From assembly GCA_964461995.1 (NCBI GenBank), contig CAYWXL010000013.1:18039-82038 (forward strand): a stretch of 64,000 nucleotides of DNA, given 5' to 3'. The translations under genes and the position numbers were made by a program. Below are positions 1 through 10,690 of this stretch, piece by piece; position 1 is the stretch's first letter; each line of letters opens with the position of its first letter. The DNA comes from an uncultured Solibacteraceae bacterium (lineage in GTDB: Bacteria; Acidobacteriota; Terriglobia; Bryobacterales; Bryobacteraceae). The notes below the pieces were generated by a model. The model worked only from the letters and a program-made list of their open reading frames with translations. It had not been told where the DNA came from and ran no database searches.

Positions 1-324
1 GAAGCCTGCCGCCGCTATCCGCTGCGATCTTGGGAAAAGCTAACCTTCGAGTACGTGCTATTGAAGGACGTGAATGACTCCGATGCCGACGCGCGCCGCG
101 TGGTCCGCTTATTGGCCCATTTGAACTGCAAAGTCAATCTGATCGCCTGGAATCCAGGTCCCGGGCTGCCGTTCGAGACGCCAGAGCCAGAACGCGTCGA
201 AGCCTTCCAGACGATCCTGCGGCGGAGCTTCCCGACATTCATCCGGAAGCCGCGGGGGCGGGACATCTTCGCCGCGTGCGGGCAATTGAAGCGGGCGACG
301 GCGGGAGATCTCGTCGGGCCGTGA
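1..324 (+). CDS. rlmN: RlmN-type radical-SAM rRNA/tRNA adenine-C2 methyltransferase, C-terminal fragment (5' end outside window)
   Basis: Frame 1 is open from base 1 ([27 protein letters not shown]...). [10 protein letters not shown] and [15 protein letters not shown] match the conserved RlmN/Cfr C-terminal tail. Stop at 322-324. Confidence 0.8.
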   Translation, partial: EACRRYPLRSWEKLTFEYVLLKDVNDSDADARRVVRLLAHLNCKVNLIAWNPGPGLPFETPEPERVEAFQTILRRSFPTFIRKPRGRDIFAACGQLKRATAGDLVGP

Positions 325-364
325 ACGGGAGTCCGCGGGAGCTGGACCGGCTGGCGCCGGTACA

Positions 365-1075
365 ATGGCACAGACGCCGATGCGGAAGATCGAGGCTCTT
401 CAGCGCGAAGTCGTCGCCTGCACCCGGTGCCCCCGGCTGCGCTCCTATTGCGAGGAAGTGGCGCGCAAGAAGCGCCGGGCCTACCGCGACTGGGATTATT
501 GGGGCCGCCCGGTTCCCTCGTTCGGAGATCCCGAAGCCCGCCTGCTGCTGATCGGGCTGGCGCCAGCGGCCCACGGGGCCAACCGGACGGGGCGGATGTT
601 CACGGGAGACCGCTCCGGGGACTTCCTTTACCGGATCCTGTACCGGGCGGGTTTCGCCTCCCAGCCCCAGGCCGTCTCCCGCGACGATGGCCTCGAGCTG
701 CACGACTGCTACATCACCGCCGCGGTGCGCTGCGCCCCGCCGGCCAACAAGCCCTCCCGCGAGGAGATCGCCAATTGCCGCCCGTTCCTCGAGCGCGAGC
801 TCAAGCTGCTGCGGCGGCTGTGCGTCGTCGTCGCTCTGGGGCGTCTCGCGTTCGACGTCTACCTGTCGATTCTTCGTGACCAGGGCCGGATACGAAGCCG
901 GGGCCTCTTCCAGTTCGCCCACAATCGCCTCCAGCCCGCCGTCGAGGGCGCCCCGGCGCTGATCTCCTCCTACCACCCGTCCCAGCAGAACACCCAGACC
1001 GGACGGCTCACCGAGCCCATGCTGCTGGCCGTCTTCCGCCGTGCCCGCCGTCTGATCGAGCCGGGGACGCGCTGA
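365..1075 (+). CDS. Uracil-DNA glycosylase superfamily protein, family 5 (UdgB-like), Fe-S type
   Basis: Contains GLAPAAHGANRTGRMFTGD, the family-5 form of motif A. N-terminal CTRCPRL...C plus later C residues are consistent with a 4Fe-4S cluster. C-terminal SYHPSQQN matches motif B. Confidence 0.75.
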   Translation: MAQTPMRKIEALQREVVACTRCPRLRSYCEEVARKKRRAYRDWDYWGRPVPSFGDPEARLLLIGLAPAAHGANRTGRMFTGDRSGDFLYRILYRAGFASQPQAVSRDDGLELHDCYITAAVRCAPPANKPSREEIANCRPFLERELKLLRRLCVVVALGRLAFDVYLSILRDQGRIRSRGLFQFAHNRLQPAVEGAPALISSYHPSQQNTQTGRLTEPMLLAVFRRARRLIEPGTR

Positions 1076-1172
1076 CGGGGCCCGGCTTTCTACTCGCCCC
1101 AGATCGGCGTATTTTAATAGTTGCCGAATTCACCCCGGTGCAGGAAACTGGAGTTTTCGGGAGGGCTTTCTC

Positions 1173-3119
<1,947 letters not shown>

Positions 3120-3180
3120 GGCGCTTCCGGTTGGAGCTGAAACTCCGGGATCTCGCTGGCGAGTCCGTGCAGCCGCAAGT

Positions 3181-4308
3181 ATGAAGATCCTAATCTCGGC
3201 GGGCGAAGCCTCAGGAGACCTATACGCGGCGGAACTCGCAAGACGGATCAAAGCTCGGCGTGCGGACGCCGAGTTGTTCGGCTGCGCCGGTCCGCGGATG
3301 GTGGAAGCGGGGGTGCAGCGGGTGGTGGACGCGTCCTCGCTCTCGGTGGTCGGCCTGGTAGAAGTGGTGTGCCACATACCGCGGATTCACCGCGAATACC
3401 GTAAGCTTGTGGCAGCCGCCCGGCGTGAACGGCCGCAGATCGCCATCCTCACCGACAATCCGGGATTCCATTTGCGGGTCGCCAGGGCGCTGCGCAAAGA
3501 AGGCATACCGGTGGTCCAACTGGTGGCGCCGCAGGTGTGGGCCTGGAGAAAGTGGCGGCTGCGGCGCTTGCGGCGGGATGTGACGAAGCTGCTGTGCATC
3601 TTCCCTTTCGAGGAGCCCTTCTTCCGGCAGCACGGGGTGAATGCCGCCTACATCGGCCATCCGCTCGCGCGGCTGATCGGCGCCCGCATCTCGCGCGGGG
3701 AGTTCCGCCGCCGGCACGGGATCCCGGTGGACTCGCCGCTCGTCGTCCTACTGCCGGGAAGCCGCCGTGACGAAGTCGCCAGACATCTTCCGGTGCTCGC
3801 CCGAGCCGTCGAACGAATCCGTCGGCGCCGAAAGACTGAGTTCCTAGTCGCCGCCCCGCCGGGTGCGCTGAACGAATGGGAGTCCAGTTTCTGGGAACCG
3901 ATTTCCCGTTTGGCCATCCAAGTTATTGAGGGTGAAACCTGGGACGCGATTGCACACGCTGATCTCGCGCTGGCCGCGTGCGGCACAGTTACAGTGGAAG
4001 CAGCGTTGCTCAGGACGCCTATGGTGACCTTCTATCGCGTCTCACCCTTAACGTGGCGGCTGGGCCGCTTGCTGGTCCGGGTTCCCTACTATTCGATGGT
4101 AAATCTGATCGCCGGAGAACCCATTGTGCCCGAGCTGGTGCAGCATCGCTGCACGTCAGAACGACTGGCTGAGGAAGCTCTCCGCCTCATGGAGAGTTCT
4201 GAAGCCCGAGAAGCAATGCGGCGGAACCTCGGGGCGGTGCGGGCGAAGCTACTGTCAGATGCAGACCCGATGGAAAGAGCGGCGAAGTTGATAGAAGATC
4301 TGTTATAG
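3181..4308 (+). CDS. lpxB: Lipid-A-disaccharide synthase
   Basis: The ATG at 3181 gives MKILISAGEASGDLYAAELARRIK, the canonical LpxB N-terminus. The track ORF start at 3055 would overlap the speA 3' end, so it is treated as an upstream extension. Confidence 0.85.
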   Translation: MKILISAGEASGDLYAAELARRIKARRADAELFGCAGPRMVEAGVQRVVDASSLSVVGLVEVVCHIPRIHREYRKLVAAARRERPQIAILTDNPGFHLRVARALRKEGIPVVQLVAPQVWAWRKWRLRRLRRDVTKLLCIFPFEEPFFRQHGVNAAYIGHPLARLIGARISRGEFRRRHGIPVDSPLVVLLPGSRRDEVARHLPVLARAVERIRRRRKTEFLVAAPPGALNEWESSFWEPISRLAIQVIEGETWDAIAHADLALAACGTVTVEAALLRTPMVTFYRVSPLTWRLGRLLVRVPYYSMVNLIAGEPIVPELVQHRCTSERLAEEALRLMESSEAREAMRRNLGAVRAKLLSDADPMERAAKLIEDLL

Positions 4309-4313
4309 GCGAT

Positions 4314-6314
4314 ATGCGCAGGCTAGCGGCTGTAGTTCCCCATTCGGTTCTTCCGGCGATCCTCGCAGCAGTTTGGCTGATGTGGGGCGGGGCCGGCAGT
4401 GTCACGGCGCAGACAGCCGCCCTGCCCCCGATCGACGTCGAGCGCTACCTGATCGAAGCCGAGATCCATCCCTCCAGTGAAGAGCTGACAGCGAAAGCAG
4501 CCGTGACTTTCTCCGTCGTGGACGACGACATCCGCTCCGTCTCCTTTGAACTCCACAACGATCTCGAAGTGGACAGCGTCACGGACAGCAAGGGTAAGGA
4601 ACTGCAATTCTCCCGCTCGTACGATGACTTCAGCATCCGGGTGGATTTCGGGCGCCGCCGGCTGAAGGCCGACACGGAAACTTTGACATTCACCTACGGC
4701 GGCCACTTCACGGGACCGGACGAATCGCCGATTTGGGGCATCGACTTCGCCATCATCAACCAGGACTATGCTTACCTGCTTTACCCGGCGCGGTGGTTCC
4801 CGGTGAGCGGTTACACGACGGACCGCTACCAGGCGACCCTGAAGATCACGGTGCCCGAAGGCTACGCCGTTGTCGGCAGCGGAATCGCTTTGACGGAGAC
4901 GGGCAGCGACGGGCGGACCACCTACACGCTGGAGTACACGCAGGACTCTTTCCCGGGTTCGATCGCCGTCGTGCAGGGCGAGCCGCAAGTCGTCGAGAGC
5001 GAAGGCGTCCGGACGTTCTTCTATTTCCGGGAGGACGCCGCTCCGATGGCCGGGCCGTACGGACAGGAGATCGGGCGGATCATGACGTTCCTCACGGACC
5101 GCTACGGGCTGCCGCCGGAGAGCAGCCTCACGGTGGTGGAGACGAGCGAGACGGCGCCCAACGGCTATGCCGCCCCGGGGCTGCTGTTCCTCTCGCCGCG
5201 GGCGATCGGCGAAGAGGTGAATACGCGGTTGCTGGTGAACCAGATCTCGCGACAGTGGTGGGGCGTGCTGACGTCGCCGGCCACGCGGAACCATTTGTGG
5301 CTGACGAACGGAGCTGCCCGGTATTCCGAACTGCTGTGGATCGAGGAGACTGAAGGTCCGGCGGCGGTACGCACGCTGATTCACGACAACTACGTCGAGG
5401 CGCTGACGGTGGACAACGTGCCGCTGATCCAGGCGGCGCGGATCGAAGACTACTCGCCGGAATTCTGGGCGGCGACCGCTGGAAAGGGCGCCGCCGTGCT
5501 GCATATGCTTCGGCAAATCGTCGGCGATGAGAAGTTCGTGGCGGTCCTGCAGCGCTTCCTCGAAGAGTTCGCCTGGAAGAGCTTTTACACCGACGACTTC
5601 CGCAAGGTGGCCGAGGCTGTGTCGCAGCAAAACCTGCAAGGGTTCTTCATCCAGTGGATCGAGTCGAGCGGCGCGCCGGAGTTTGACATCGAGTACACGG
5701 TATACCGAACGCAGAAAGGGTTCCGGATCATCGGCCGGATCATGCAGGACATGGACACGTTTCGCATGCCGGTGAAGCTGCGGATCGAAACCGAGGGAAA
5801 TCCGGAAGAGAAGGTCGTCGAAGTGGTGGGGCCGTCCACGGAGTTCGTGATCGACACCTTCGGCAAGCCGAAGAACATCATTATCGACCCGGACGGGGAC
5901 GTGCTGCGCTACGACGACAAGATGCGCGTGGCGGTGGCGATCCGGCGGGGCGAACAGTTCGCTGAGATCGGCGAGTTCACCGACGCGTTGCGCGAATACC
6001 AGAAAGCGCTCGACGTGAACCGGTATAGCTCCTTGGCCCATTACCGCGTGGCGGAAGTCTTCTTCCTGCAGCGCAACTACCAGGCGGCGGCCAACGAGTT
6101 CCGGGAAGCGATCAACGGCGACCAAGAGCCGAAGTGGACGGTGGTGTGGTCGCACATCAACCTGGGCAAAATCTTCGACATCACCGGCCAGCGCGACCGG
6201 GCGGTGAACGAGTACCAGCGGGCGCTGCGCACCAAGGACAACACCCAGGGCGCGCTGGAGGAAGCCGCCAAATATCTGCAGAAGCCCTACGAGCGCCCGA
6301 CCCAACGCATCTAA
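4314..6314 (+). CDS. Secreted M1-aminopeptidase-fold protein with C-terminal TPR region; zinc-binding motifs degenerate (probable pseudo-peptidase)
   Basis: N-terminal signal-like segment (AAVWLMWGGAGSVTAQ). M1-like core with NQISRQWWG in place of HExxHxWfG and WLTNGAARYSE in place of WLnEGfAtY. C-terminal TPR-like repeats (EYQKALDVN..., NEYQRALRTK...). Confidence 0.7.
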   Translation: MRRLAAVVPHSVLPAILAAVWLMWGGAGSVTAQTAALPPIDVERYLIEAEIHPSSEELTAKAAVTFSVVDDDIRSVSFELHNDLEVDSVTDSKGKELQFSRSYDDFSIRVDFGRRRLKADTETLTFTYGGHFTGPDESPIWGIDFAIINQDYAYLLYPARWFPVSGYTTDRYQATLKITVPEGYAVVGSGIALTETGSDGRTTYTLEYTQDSFPGSIAVVQGEPQVVESEGVRTFFYFREDAAPMAGPYGQEIGRIMTFLTDRYGLPPESSLTVVETSETAPNGYAAPGLLFLSPRAIGEEVNTRLLVNQISRQWWGVLTSPATRNHLWLTNGAARYSELLWIEETEGPAAVRTLIHDNYVEALTVDNVPLIQAARIEDYSPEFWAATAGKGAAVLHMLRQIVGDEKFVAVLQRFLEEFAWKSFYTDDFRKVAEAVSQQNLQGFFIQWIESSGAPEFDIEYTVYRTQKGFRIIGRIMQDMDTFRMPVKLRIETEGNPEEKVVEVVGPSTEFVIDTFGKPKNIIIDPDGDVLRYDDKMRVAVAIRRGEQFAEIGEFTDALREYQKALDVNRYSSLAHYRVAEVFFLQRNYQAAANEFREAINGDQEPKWTVVWSHINLGKIFDITGQRDRAVNEYQRALRTKDNTQGALEEAAKYLQKPYERPTQRI

Positions 6315-6480
6315 CCCGCCGGCGCCTCTATTCTGCTTTTCCCTGCAACTTTTGGGACCGCTACGGGTTTCGTCCTATGTACGGCCCGCGCCCATCCTCG
6401 AAGCGGCCCTCGGGAATCTCGTTTTCCGCCGCTAGAGGACGCGTGCGGCCGTACGGAATCCCAATTGTCAGGAGAGAACC

Positions 6481-7041
6481 ATGGAAACGACACGCAGGTG
6501 GTACTGGACCGGGGTCCGAGCGCTGCTGCTCGCTCTAGCGACGATCGTGGCGATGCCGGCGCAAGAGCCAGCCGAGGACGGCGCCCGGACCTTCGTTTAT
6601 TCTGCCAAATTCGTCTGCAAGGACGCCGGCGTACCGGCCACCGACGCCGGCCGGGCTTTCGTCCCGGCGGTATACCGGACCGTCGTCAACTTACACAACC
6701 TGCACGCGCGTCCGGTGAAGATCGTTGTCCGGGCCGTGGAAGCTCATCACATCGCCAACCCGGAGCCGGGGGCCTCAGGCAGGATCGAGAAAAGGCTGGC
6801 GCCCGGCCAGGCGGTGTTCCTGGGCTGCCGGGTGATCCAGGAGATGCTCGGAGGCGACGCCGACGTCCCGGACAAGATCGACGGCTTCGTAACCATTGCC
6901 TCTCCGCTCCGGCTGGACGCGGCGGTGGTTTACACGGCGGTGAACCGGGCGCCCGTCGGGCTGAACGACGGCGTGACGATGGACGTCGAACGCCTGCGGC
7001 CGAAGATCGTCTACCGCGACGGGCGCGTGGACGAGGAATAG
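6481..7041 (+). CDS. Hypothetical secreted protein
   Basis: 186-aa ORF with a signal peptide (LLLALATIVAMPAQE) and GC-rich third codon positions. I recognise no domain. Confidence 0.5.
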   Translation: METTRRWYWTGVRALLLALATIVAMPAQEPAEDGARTFVYSAKFVCKDAGVPATDAGRAFVPAVYRTVVNLHNLHARPVKIVVRAVEAHHIANPEPGASGRIEKRLAPGQAVFLGCRVIQEMLGGDADVPDKIDGFVTIASPLRLDAAVVYTAVNRAPVGLNDGVTMDVERLRPKIVYRDGRVDEE

Positions 7042-7108
7042 ATCCGGCCGCAGGGCTGACGATTCCGCTGTTTCACCGGGCCGCGGCCGTGGATAAGGGG
7101 CGATCTCC

Positions 7109-7732
7109 TCACTGAGGGTCGCGGCCCCAGTTCACGGCTGCGCCGTCCTTGCACCCGCGTCGGGTTCCGTTCAGCAAGCGGTCCAGGAGGCGCCCGGGAT
7201 CGGAATCGTGGGTCACGAGGGCCCGATGGCGCAGCTTCAAGAATCCTTCCCGAACGGCCCGATCCAGGTAAGCGATTAATGGATCAAAGAAGCCCTCCAC
7301 ATTGAGGAGACCGCACGGCTTGTCGTGCAAGCGCAGTTGGGCCCAAGTGACGGCCTCCGTGAGCTCGTCGAGGGTGCCGTAACCGCCGGGAAGGGCGACG
7401 AAGGCGTCGCTGAGCTCCATCATGAGAGCTTTGCGCTCGTGCATGGAGCCGACGCGATGCAGCTCAGTCAGCCCGGGATGGGTGACTTCGGACGCCAAAA
7501 GCCCCTCCGGGATGACGCCGATCACTTTTCCGCCGCCGCGCAACACTGTGTCCGCTAGGATGCCCATCAGCCCGGCGTTCGCCCCTCCGTAGACGAGAAC
7601 CAGCCCCCGGTCGCAAATCAATTCGCCTAGACGGCACGCAGCGTCGCGGTAGGCCGCTCTTGCCCCCAGCCCGGACCCACAGAAGACGCACAGCCGCCGC
7701 TCCGCCATGACTTGTTCAGCAAGACCCGCCAC
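7109..7732 (-). CDS. LOG family protein (cytokinin riboside 5'-monophosphate phosphoribohydrolase-like, TIGR00730-type)
   Basis: CVFCGSGLG..., VYGGANAGLMG and the PGGYGTLDELTE motif are LOG hallmarks. The start could instead be the internal ATG (MAERRL, about 7705). Confidence 0.85.
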   Translation of the reverse strand: MAGLAEQVMAERRLCVFCGSGLGARAAYRDAACRLGELICDRGLVLVYGGANAGLMGILADTVLRGGGKVIGVIPEGLLASEVTHPGLTELHRVGSMHERKALMMELSDAFVALPGGYGTLDELTEAVTWAQLRLHDKPCGLLNVEGFFDPLIAYLDRAVREGFLKLRHRALVTHDSDPGRLLDRLLNGTRRGCKDGAAVNWGRDPQ

Positions 7733-7996
7733 TTTACATTGTGTCAGGATTCATCGAGCACGGTTCCATCAGGCGACGTCCTCGCTAGCCGCTAAGCCTT
7801 CCGAGACAGTGGCTAACAAACCGTCCCGGCAGCCGTGGCTCCGAAATGATAAAAAGAACAAACCTCTGAACCAGAATCGAAGGAGATCTCGTAGAGATAT
7901 TCCGATTATTCCCGATAACGTTTAAAGACCATTTTGTAGCAAATCCCACCTCACAACGGTTACGCGCGGTTACTCAAACGCCGTTTCTAGAGAGCT

Positions 7997-8665
7997 TCAG
8001 CCCCGGCGCGGGGACTCGGTCCGTTTCCCACGGGAAAACCCCGCAGAATCCAGCTCTGCCGTCCACTCAGAATACCCAGCCACAGTGTACATGCCGTGGG
8101 CCACGCGCTGAAGATGGCCTCGATACACGAGTTCCTTCAGATACTCCGAGCACGTGTTCGGCCGGAGGTTCATCAACTCCGAAAGTTCATTTGGGGTGAT
8201 GACCTTGCGCTGTTTGACAATGTTGTACACCTGCAAAAGGCGCGGGGAGAGAAGCAGCTTCCGTTTGGCAGCGGGCGCTCTAGCGATTTCAGGCGCCGAT
8301 TGCGGGGCTTGCGCCAGCAAGGTTTCGATTCGGCGAAGAGCCTGTTCCAGAGCTTTCTCCCGCTCCGAGATCAGTGTAGTCGCGTTCTCGAGTCTCCTGA
8401 TCGACTCTCGTAAGCGCGCTGCCAAACGGGCAATGCTGGAAGATCCTGTCCCGCGCGGTGTGGTGACGGCGTATGTACGACTTGAAATGCGTTTGGCCAT
8501 TCGCCTAGTGCTCTGTCCGCGGGACAGTCGTGTCTTTCCCTTCACAGCTTTACGACGGTTCGGTTTTCTCCTTTGAGGCGCAAGCTTATGCGCCGCCCCG
8601 TTGTCCTGGGACAGCACCTCACACCTCCCGCACTGCAAGTTCCATCGGCAACTTGCAACGGTCAA
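7997..8665 (-). CDS. Hypothetical protein with coiled-coil and C-terminal winged-HTH (AbiEi-N-terminal-like)
   Basis: C-terminus reads ITPNELSELMNLRPNTCSEYLKELVYRGHLQRVAHGMYTV (wHTH, G.L.RV..G.Y pattern). Visibly lower GC than its neighbours. Start uncertain; an ATG at 8500 gives MAKRISS... Confidence 0.45.
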   Translation of the reverse strand: MTVASCRWNLQCGRCEVLSQDNGAAHKLAPQRRKPNRRKAVKGKTRLSRGQSTRRMAKRISSRTYAVTTPRGTGSSSIARLAARLRESIRRLENATTLISEREKALEQALRRIETLLAQAPQSAPEIARAPAAKRKLLLSPRLLQVYNIVKQRKVITPNELSELMNLRPNTCSEYLKELVYRGHLQRVAHGMYTVAGYSEWTAELDSAGFSRGKRTESPRRG

Positions 8666-8940
8666 ATATAGGCCAGAATGGCTCCCTGGATAAAGGTCTT
8701 ACGAGTATCGGAGACGATTTGCGAGTGTCGCTGGATTTCTAGCATTTTTGACGCACGAAGGCGATAAAACGTTGCATCGGGAGCTCAGCGGGAACTACGA
8801 TCGAATCAAGAAAGGCAGGTGGGGGCGAATGAGCCTTGCCGGCAACGGCCGGAGCCGACTCCGGGGAAGGCCGGCAGGCGGCCATCTGGAGAGGGTGATC
8901 ACGAGGCTCCAGCTGATCCGGCGCACTTGGGAGTTCCACA

Positions 8941-10548
8941 ATGAAAGACGAGGATAGCAACCACGGTCATTCCTGCCCCATTTCGGGCCACGAGGAGTTG
9001 AACTCGCTCCACGCGAACAGGCTCGAGACGCTCGGCCGGCTGACCGTGGGCGTGGCGCACGATCTCAATAGTCTGCTGACTGTCATACTCACTTGCTGTG
9101 GGGCGCTCGAAGAGGCGATCTCCCCGCAGGATGGAGTGCGGGACAACATCAGGGAGGTGGAACAGACCTGCCACCGCGCGGCCGCGCTGACGCGGCAATT
9201 GCTCGCCTTTGGCAGGCCGGTTGAGTCCCGCATGAGCAACTTTGATCTGAATGAGGTGCTTCTCGACGTCGAGGGCATGTTGCGGCGGCTCCTCCCCGGC
9301 AACATTGACCTGCGTGTGCGGCTTTGTCCCGAGCCGGCTCCGGTGACGGCGGATCGCCTCCAGATCCAACAGGTGCTGCTCAACCTAGCGCTGAATTCCA
9401 GGGACGCGATGCCGGACGGCGGCTGTCTTTGCATCGAACTCCGGCCGGCAGCGAAAGCCGGCGGGCCTAATCAGGGACAAGACAGACCCGAACCTGGTTT
9501 CTTCTTCGAACTCACTGTAAAGGACACCGGGACGGGCATTCCTCAAGAATTACAGGAAAAGGTCTTCGAATCATTCGTAACGACGAAGTCGGCGGCCGGC
9601 GGCAGTGGCTTGGGACTGGCCACCGTTGCCCGCATCGTCAAACAGCACGGGGGCTCCATCCAAGTAGAGAGCGAACCCGGGAAAGGAAGCACATTTACTG
9701 TGCGTCTGCCTGGCGCGCAACCCGCGACCGCGGAGAAACAGCCCAAGCAGCGGGCGCCACGGCCGGCCAGCGGCGGAGAGACGGTGCTCGTTATAGAGAA
9801 TGACGGCCGCCTTTGTGAGGCTGTCCGGCGGGTGCTGCATAAAGCCGGCTACCGGGTTCTTATTGCCAAAGACGTGGACGCGGCCTCCAGAATCGCTAAA
9901 GAACATCCCGCGGCCATTCATTTGTTGCTGGCTGACTCGGATTTATCAGCCATCCGGGCATCGGAATTCATTTCCAAATTGCAGGCATCGCAGCCGGAGA
10001 TGCGTATCGTGTACACATCCAGCACCGGGCGCCGCACACCTGAGGAAAAACGCGGCCGCGAACCGGATGTCCCGACGATGCTCAAACCGTTCTCGAGCGC
10101 TGAACTGCTGGCGACCGTCAGAAAGGTCCTCCAGAATTCGGCTTCCCAGCGCTTGGCCTTGGTGGTGGATCAGGATCCCACCTGGCAGGACGCCGCACGT
10201 CACCCCTTGCAGGACCGTGGGTATACGGTGATTACCGCGCAAAACGAGCGGGAAGCGCTCGACTGGCTCAAGAAGAAGAAGTTCGATCTGTGCGTCGTCG
10301 AGCTGCGGGGCCAAAAGCCCTGCGGCGCGAATGTCATCGCGGCGATCCGAAAGGAATATTCACCCATGTCCCCCGTCGTCGCCACGGGGTATTTCGACGG
10401 AAAACTGCTGGACGCCGCCCGGGCGTCCGGCGCTGATGCGGTTATGCGGAAGCCTTATTCGAGAGACGATTTCTTGCTCGTCCTCGACACGCACGTCAGC
10501 CCGGCGGCTCGGAAGGAGAACCCCGCAGTGGGCGCGCCCGGCGGGTGA
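8941..10548 (+). CDS. Hybrid sensor histidine kinase with two C-terminal receiver-like domains and no obvious input domain
   Basis: H-box GVAHDLNSLL lies about 40 aa from the N-terminus. HATPase_c region (N-box LNLALNSRDAM, G-boxes DTGTGI and GGSGLGLA). Two REC-like segments follow (VLVIENDG...LLLADSDL and LALVVDQD...DLCVVELRG). Confidence 0.8.
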   Translation: MKDEDSNHGHSCPISGHEELNSLHANRLETLGRLTVGVAHDLNSLLTVILTCCGALEEAISPQDGVRDNIREVEQTCHRAAALTRQLLAFGRPVESRMSNFDLNEVLLDVEGMLRRLLPGNIDLRVRLCPEPAPVTADRLQIQQVLLNLALNSRDAMPDGGCLCIELRPAAKAGGPNQGQDRPEPGFFFELTVKDTGTGIPQELQEKVFESFVTTKSAAGGSGLGLATVARIVKQHGGSIQVESEPGKGSTFTVRLPGAQPATAEKQPKQRAPRPASGGETVLVIENDGRLCEAVRRVLHKAGYRVLIAKDVDAASRIAKEHPAAIHLLLADSDLSAIRASEFISKLQASQPEMRIVYTSSTGRRTPEEKRGREPDVPTMLKPFSSAELLATVRKVLQNSASQRLALVVDQDPTWQDAARHPLQDRGYTVITAQNEREALDWLKKKKFDLCVVELRGQKPCGANVIAAIRKEYSPMSPVVATGYFDGKLLDAARASGADAVMRKPYSRDDFLLVLDTHVSPAARKENPAVGAPGG

Positions 10549-10690
10549 AGCCCACGGGCGAGCGGGTCAACGAGAGACGAAACGAAAACAGTGCGCCGGT
10601 AGAGCCGACCGAGGCGAGGCCAGTCCTTTTGCGCCGCTGATAAGGACGCACCGGCCTTGCACGGCTGTTGCTCCCCCACATCGCCGGGGA

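Noticed and set aside
4323-6305. 660-aa ORF on the minus strand, spanning the whole M1-like gene
   Set aside because: It is a mirror ORF of a plus-strand gene that carries recognisable domains. The product is Arg/Pro/His/Val-rich low-complexity sequence, typical of antisense frames in GC-rich DNA.
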